Shown piece by piece: positions 57,028 to 64,000 of a DNA stretch of 64,000 bases. Positions within the stretch are counted from its first letter, which is position 1. The number at the start of each line of letters is the position of its first letter. Position numbers and translations under genes: made by a program. Under the pieces are notes generated by a model. That model saw only the letters and a list, made by a program, of their open reading frames with translations, was not told the origin of the DNA and searched no databases. Location of the stretch: positions 1 to 64,000 of the forward strand of contig NW_026250457.1 of the NCBI RefSeq assembly GCF_024521635.1. The letters are read 5' to 3'. This stretch comes from Tricharina praecox. Its lineage: Eukaryota.

Positions 57028-58299
57028 TGTGACGGCTCGCGATGGAATGTCGAAGTAAGGGCCGGCACAAGGATCGGAAGAGTAGGCAGGCAGTGCAACG
57101 GCTGTGCAAGTGTCACACCACGATAGACTCTCGGGCAGTCACAGGAAGAGCGGAAGGTTCGGAAGTGATGGGGATATAGGACTATATAGTCATAGCATAG
57201 AGACGAGTTAGGCAGGAGTGAGCAAACGGGTTCCAGAGTCTAGAGAGTAATCGGCGATACGTGTGATGCACAGTAAAATCCGATACAGCCGATACGGCTG
57301 GAGGCAATACATCATGGAACCTTGTAAAAAGGAACGCAGATCATGGAACCTGTTATGAAGCGCGATTACCAATTTATCGACAAATGGGAGGCTGTAGAAC
57401 CGGGTCAGTTCTCAGTGCTGACATGCTGATATGTACCACTTACGATGAGCTACGCTCAGATATGAAGTGATAAGCACTTTTTGTCTAGTCGAATCAGCTA
57501 TTCCAGCAACAGCTTACGATGACTCTACAGCTTAGACTCAAAGGGCGACTTTTCGTAGCGCTTACGCGAGAGCATGACTCAAAGGAGCGTTTGAAAACAG
57601 TGTTCCCCACGACAGAGTTTTCCGATCACCTGCCCGGTGTATTGGAAGACTATATAGCCACCTGACTATCGCCACGGAAATTCCAAACAGCAGCACAACC
57701 AGAACACCGAACACTACCGGCGATACCTCTTAAAATTATTCCACAGTAAATTCTTAAAATCACTGACTTTTATTCTACACTCAATATCCTTCAAGACTCC
57801 AACGTCCCGAAACTATTCCAGTCTCACAGCAAGGATGAGCCGCGGCGGATTGCAGCTTTGTGCAGAGGACAGGGATAGTGCAGGATTGAGCCGCAGAGGA
57901 TTGGGGTTGTATGCTGGAAGCAGGGGTAGTCCGGCTGCGCAGGGGATGAGTCACGGAAGCGGGGTACTGGCTCAGCGGATTTCTCAGGGTCTGGCACACG
58001 CCCACAGTCATTGTCAGGTTGCAGGAAAAGTGCAGGGTTTTCTCTATCAACGCGCCGTTGCCCCTCTATATTTAGTTCTTCATGCAACAACTTGTTACTC
58101 CAACAACTGTTACCTCTGTCCTTACCTCGGCTGCCGTCTGTGCCGTGGTAGTCCTTGTCCCTGCCTATGTTATCAGTTGCCGTCTGCACTGGACCCTGCA
58201 TGGTCTTGTCCTCCGAACCCGTCTTGCTCCTGCCGAACACAGTATTCGATCCCCCGCCCGACTTCGCTACCTGGAGCCTTGCCCGACCGTGCCGTTACA
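57028..58299 (+). mobile_element. Family-X LTR split by a solo LTR
   Basis: TGTGACGGCTCGCG at 57028 ... CCGTGCCGTTACA at 58299; the halves rejoin across GCAAG. Confidence 0.8.
57111..57828 (+). mobile_element. Solo LTR of a fourth family (W), distantly related to Y/Z, TSD GCAAG
   Basis: TGTCACACC...CCAGTCTCACA; shares blocks CCAGAGTCTAGA and TTTTATTCTACACTC with Y; GCAAG at 57106-57110 and 57829-57833. Confidence 0.85.
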
Positions 58300-58345
58300 G
58301 TTACCTTTGTCCTCGCGCCGCCTGCCGTCTGCGCCTGAGCTCCAG

Positions 58346-61300
58346 CAGAACGTTCGAGGAAGAGTCGGAACAGGGGCCGGAAGGCAGCGCGGGAGCAGTG
58401 CAAAGGGCTGCGCGGGCGGCAATGCAGGAATGAGCCGGAGGAATTGGGGCTGTGTGTTGGTAGCAGGGGTAGAGCTGCAGCGCAGGCTGTGAGTCCCTGG
58501 AGCAGGGTATCGGCGAGGAGGATTCCTCATGGTCTGGCACATGCCCACGGTGATTGTCAGATTGCGGGAAGGAGTGGAGGATTTCCTACATAAACGGGCC
58601 GGCGCCCCTCTGTAATTAGTTCTTCACGCAACAACTTGTTAATTCAATCACTGTTACCTCTGTCCTTGCCTCGGCAGCTGTGTGTGCCGTAGTCCTTGTG
58701 CCTGCCTCTGTTCTCAGTTGCCGTCTGCACTGAGCCCTGCCTTACCTTGTCATCTGAACCCGTCTTGCCTCTGCCAAACCCAGCACCCGATCCTCCGCCC
58801 GACTTCGTTACCTGGAGCCTTGCCTGACCCTGCCGTTACACTTTGTTGCCTCGCCCATCTCTCCACCTAGCGAACAACCATGGCCATCAATACCCCAGCA
58901 CCAGACCCTCCCCAGCAGGAGGAAGTACTGGTGGCACCCCCCTACTATCGAGAAACTTCCGCCACCGTCTACGAACAACTCGAGATCATCGTCAACCACG
59001 ACTCACTCGCCGGCAATGCGACACTGTGGGGGTTGTATAACCAGTTCCAAATCATCGCCCGTGCAATCACCCAATCCCCCACGGCAGCACCCACCTGGCG
59101 AGTAGACGACTTCGAAGAATAACTTTCCAAGTCCTGTCGTATCGCCAACCGTCTGGCCACACTAGAAGCCCAACCCCAGGGCCACGCCGAGCGCGTCCCG
59201 GAGCCAGCCATGTTCGATGGCACTCGATAGAAGCTCGAAGGGTTCTTTGCCCAGCTTTGACTCAAACTGTACTGCAACCATACCCGTTTCCCGTCCCCAG
59301 CACTCAGAATGGCCTACACCTTCAACCGTCTCGAAGGCCGTGCCCAAGCCCAGATACTGCCGTACATCCAGAACAACGTGATCAGCTTGACCGACACCGA
59401 TGCCATGGTCACCATCCTCGAAAACGCCTTCAGCGATCCCGACTCAGCGGCCACCGCACGCGCCGAACTCCACCGTCTCAAGCAAGGGAACAAGGACTTT
59501 ACATCTTACTTTGCGCAGATTCAAAGGCTCGTGTCCAAGCTGAACTGGGACGAGCATGCCAAACTCGATGCACTACGCAAAGGAGTCTCCATCGAGCTCC
59601 ACCGACAACTGGTGGGCCGCACTCAGGGACTCACCTACAATAGAAAAGGAGAACCTCACCATCTTTGCCACGACCCTGACGCAGATCAATGAAGTTCTAT
59701 CTGAAGAATAACACAGCTCAACCGCCCACATTTCCCCCGGATACCACAGATTTCTCCACGTCTTCTCTGAAAGGTTGGCGCAGAACCTACCACCCCATCG
59801 GCAATACGGCCACAAGATCCCACTGAAGAAAGGATTTGTGCCCCCTTACGGGCCCCTCTATTCGCTCTCAAAAACCGAGCTGGTCGCACTCAAGGAATGG
59901 CTTGACGACAATCTGAGTAAGGGATTCATCCTTGCGTCCTCATCACCAGCGGCATCACCGATCCTGTTTGTCAAAAAATCGGACGGCTCCTTGTGACTGT
60001 GTGTGGACTATAGAGACCTAAACGAAGGAACCATCAAGCACCGCTACCCACTTCCCCTGCCCCAGGAAACCTTGATGCGACTGTCCGGTGCAAAGTATTT
60101 TACAACATTGGATATCCGCGGTGCTTACAACCTGGTACAAATGGCAGAAGGGGAGTAACGGAAAACGGCTTTCCGTACCCGCTACGGACTTTTCGAATCA
60201 TTGGTAAAGGCTTGCGGGCTAACCAACGCGCCAGCCGACTTTCAAGCCCTGATTAACGACGTTTTACGACCGTTTCTGGACGACTTCTGTACCGCCTTCC
60301 TAGATGACATCTTTATCTACAGCGCGTCACTGAAAGAACACTGAAAACAGGTCACCAAGGTGCTACGCGCCCTTTCATCGGCCGGACTGCACTTGAAACT
60401 GGAGAAATGCCACTTCCACCAGACAGAGGTCAAATACCTGGGCCTGATCATAACCACGGAGGGTATTAAGATAGATCCTGCCAAAGTCTCTTGCGTACTC
60501 GAATGGGAAAAACCGACCACAGTAACGAATGTGCAGTGTTCCCTGGGCTTCGCGAACTTCTACCAGCGCTTTATCCAGGACTACTCCAAGGTGGTATCTC
60601 CCCTGACGGCAATGACAAAAAAGGAAAATGGGAAGTACGTCCCCTTCAAATGGGGTATTGACCAACAGCAAGCCTTTGACACTCTCAAGACTGGCTTTAC
60701 TACCGCCCCGATACTCCGACATTCCGACTACGACCGAGAAATAGTGGTGGAAACTGATGCCTCGGATTACGTACCGGCCGGTATCCTCTCCCAGTACGAC
60801 GCCGACGGAATCTTGCATCTGGTTGCCTTCTATTCAAAGAAACACTTCCCGGCGGAATGCAATTACGAAATCTACAACAAAGAATTGTTGGCAATTGTTC
60901 GAGCCTTTCAAGAATGGAGACCACACCTTGAAGGAGCCGCGCACCCGGCCCCAGTGCTGAGCGACCACAAGAACTTGGAATACTTCATGTCAGCCAAGTT
61001 GCTCAACCGCCGGCAAGCCCGATGGTCGGAATTCCTGTCCCGTTTCGACTTCAAAATCGTCTATAGACCTGGTAAAGCAGGAGGGAAACTGGATGCATTG
61101 ACAAGGAGGTCAGGAGACCTCCCTAAGGAGGGGGATGAAAGACTGCTGGCGAACCAACAAGCAATCCTCAAGCCCCAAAACCTGCTGGAAGAATTGAGAT
61201 TGTCAGCGACCAATCCGTTGGAAGTACCCCGTCCCACTCTCTACCCTGATAACCGAAGCATATCAGGCAGATTCAGCGCCGAACAAGATCCTCCAACTGC

Positions 61301-63935
61301 TCAGAAACGGAATACGCCAATCGAAGGACATCTCGCTCGTCGACTGCAGCGAAGTCAACGGACAATTACATTACCGAGATTGCTTCTACGTTCCTGAACA
61401 CGACTCACTCAAACTTCGCCTGATCCAGGACCACCACGGCCCACCGGCTATGGGCCATCACGGAAGAGCTAAAACCTTGGGACTCCTGGCCGGGAAATAC
61501 TACTAGCCCCAGATGCGGAAGGACGTTGACCGATTCGTGGAAACTGCCACATTTGCAGACGAACGAAAGCAAGAACACACGCCCCCTACGGTGTGCTCAG
61601 CCCACTCCCAGTACCCGAGAAACCCTGGCAACATATCTCCGTCGAGTTCGTAACCGGACTCCCTCCCTCAAACGGATTCGATGCCATTTGCGTATTTGTG
61701 GACCGCCTCACCAAGCAACGACACCTGCTCCCTTGCAACACGACCATCACCTCTGAAGGATTCGCAGAACTATTCTGCGATCTGATCTTCAGATACCACG
61801 GACTACCCGACACTATCGTATCGGACCGGGGCCTACAGTTTGCATCACGATTTTGAAAACATCTATGCTCTTGGCTCAAGATCGACGCACGGCTCTCCAC
61901 GGCGTTCCACCCGCAGACGGACAGTCAAACAGAGAGAATGAATGCAGTAATGGAAAACACCTCCGAGTATACGTAAGCTACCTGCAGAATGACTGGGTCG
62001 ACTGCCTATTCTTGGTAGAGTTTGCTGGCAACAACCAGGCATCTGACACCACCACCCTGTCCCCGTTCTTTGCTAACCTAGGCTACCACCCCCGTTGCGA
62101 CTTCGAGCTTGACATCCGAACCGACAAGAAAGAAGAGCGAGAGGCACAGACAGCGGCAGAGCGACTCCAGCAGATCCATGACGTTGCCCGCAGTGAGATG
62201 CGCTACGTCCAAGCACGGCAGCAGGACAACACGGACCAGCACCGAACCCGCGCACCGGCCTTCCAGCCTGGAGATATGGTATGGGTGGACGGCCCAAACT
62301 GGCGAACGGAGCAACCAAGCCGAAAACTGGAAAACAAGCACCTCGGACGCTATCGGATTACCCGAGCCATCGGAAACCACGCATACAAACTGGACATTCC
62401 GAACACCATCCAGAAGCACCGCACCTTCCCAGTATCCCTCCGCCACGCATCCGCTGACGACACCCTCCCCGGCCAGATCCTGCCGCCACCGTTACCAATA
62501 ATTGTGAACGACCAAGAAGAATGGGAGGTGGAGGAAGTGCTCTACAGCAGAACGCTGAGGGGAAGACTCCAGTACCTAGTCAAGTGGAGGGGTTTCGCAG
62601 CACCGATGTGGGAACCTGAGGACAACCTTGTGGACGTACAGGCAGTGTGTGAGACTGGGACGGGTTTGTGTCGTCGGAGTCTATAGTAAAATCGAGGATA
62701 GAATAAAAGTCAGGGATTTCGATAATTCACAACGGAATAATCTTAAGGGTGTTTTGTTCGATGGTTTGTTCGGTGCGGTGATTGTAGTTTGTTCAGTTGC
62801 CAGCTCGGTTCGACTTATAGTCGTCCCGATCCTCAGCACGTGATTCCTCTAGAGTGCGGCCTAACCTAGCTCCGTTGCTTCCTTTGCATCGGAGTTCCGC
62901 GGCCTAGCCTTGAGTCGTCGTCAGCTCTCTTCGGATAGTCTTCTCGACTAGGCAGGTGGTAAACACCACGCGCCCAAGATAGATCGGAGTTTCCGAGCAA
63001 TTATCTCCCTCATGCGCCGGCAGAGTTCTTCGCTCGAAGTTGTCTGCCCCCATCGGTCGATGTTCGATTCTCTCGTCATAACAGTTTTTTCCTGGATCGG
63101 AGTTCCTACTGCGGGGCCCTATGATAGGAGATCTCAAAGTCCTCTGGACTGTTATCCCGATCTCCCGCATCTCCGATCACTGTCTAGACTCTGGAATCCG
63201 TTTGCTCCCTCCTTCCTATCTTGTCTTTGATCGCTTCTAACTATCCTTTCGGCTCGCAACTCTATTCTAATCACCCGAACTATCTAATCACATCTGTTGC
63301 GACCGTCGTGTCCTCCGATACCTATCGGGGTGTCACACAGTGGAAGACTTCCACCAACGGTACCCAATGATGCCTGGACCAGTCCCACTTGCTCTCGGGG
63401 GAACTCGAGCCTTAGGAGAGGCTACTGTCACGGCTCGCGACGGAACGATCAAGGAAGAGTCGGAACAGGGGCTGGAAGGCAGCGCGGGGGCAGTGCAAGG
63501 GGCTCCACGGGCGGCAATGCAGTAATGAGCCGGAGGAATTGGGGCTGTGTAGTGGTAGCAGGGGTAGCGCTGCAGCGCAGGCTGTGAGTCACTAGAGTGG
63601 GGTATCGGCCAGGAGGATTTCTCAGGGTCTGGCACATGCCCACGGTCATTGTCAGGTTGCGGGAAGAAGTAGAGGATTTCCTATATAAACGGGCCGACGC
63701 CGCTCTGTATTTAGTTCTTCACGTAACAACTTGTTAATTTAATCACTGTTACCTCTGTCCTTGCCTCGGCTGCCGTCTGCGCTGTAGTCCTTGTCCCTGC
63801 CTCTGTTCTCAGTTGTCGTCTGCACTGAGCCCTGCCTTACCTTGTCCTCTGAACCCGTGTTGCTTGTGCCATACCCAGAGCCCGGTCCCCCGCCAGACTT
63901 CGCTACCTGGAGCCTTGCCCGACCGTGCCGTTACA
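58346..63935 (+). mobile_element. Degraded family-X Ty3/gypsy chromovirus element (5'-truncated LTR to 58840, gag, RT-RNase H-IN-chromodomain, 3' LTR 63426-63935)
   Basis: gag from 58880 with stops; deletion near 59640 removes the zinc knuckle and protease; FLDDI (RT), ETDASDY, PWQHISVEF, IVSDRG, WEVEEVL...YLVKWRGF. Confidence 0.9.
62648..63337 (-). mobile_element. Solo family-Y LTR inserted in the chromodomain coding region, TSD CAGTG
   Basis: CAGTG at 62643-62647 and 63338-63342; removing the LTR restores VQAV-EDFHQRYP. Confidence 0.95.
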
Positions 63936-64000
63936 GTTACCTGTGTCCTCGCCTCGCCTGCCGTCTGCGCCCGAGCTCCAGTTTCTGGCCTTCTCTCTCA

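Overview
Eukaryotic DNA from a filamentous ascomycete (inferred from short GT-AG introns with CTRAC branch points, fungal gene families and chromovirus LTR retrotransposons). The window has two halves. (1) 1-33.5 kb is gene-bearing. It holds five apparently intact genes: a hot-dog/PaaI thioesterase, an O-methyltransferase, a HeLo-type + pseudokinase gene, a divergent Ser/Thr kinase-Sel1-ankyrin gene and a GH15 glucoamylase. It also holds an intron-containing tRNA-Asp(GTC), several broken or duplicated pseudogenes (mostly HeLo-like/kinase-like) and three non-autonomous DNA transposons. (2) 33.7-64 kb is one continuous nest of Ty3/gypsy chromovirus-type elements and solo LTRs from at least four LTR families (here X, Y, Z and W); most insertions can be ordered by their 5-bp TSDs. 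The best candidate for an undescribed system is the head-to-head pair of an MLKL-like HeLo-pseudokinase and a catalytically intact kinase (18068-22220), lying beside decaying genes of similar architecture. Also notable are Tf1-like self-priming signals in the LTRs and a small LTR-like repeat that carries tRNA-type A/B boxes. All calls come from reading the sequence by eye; no searches were run.
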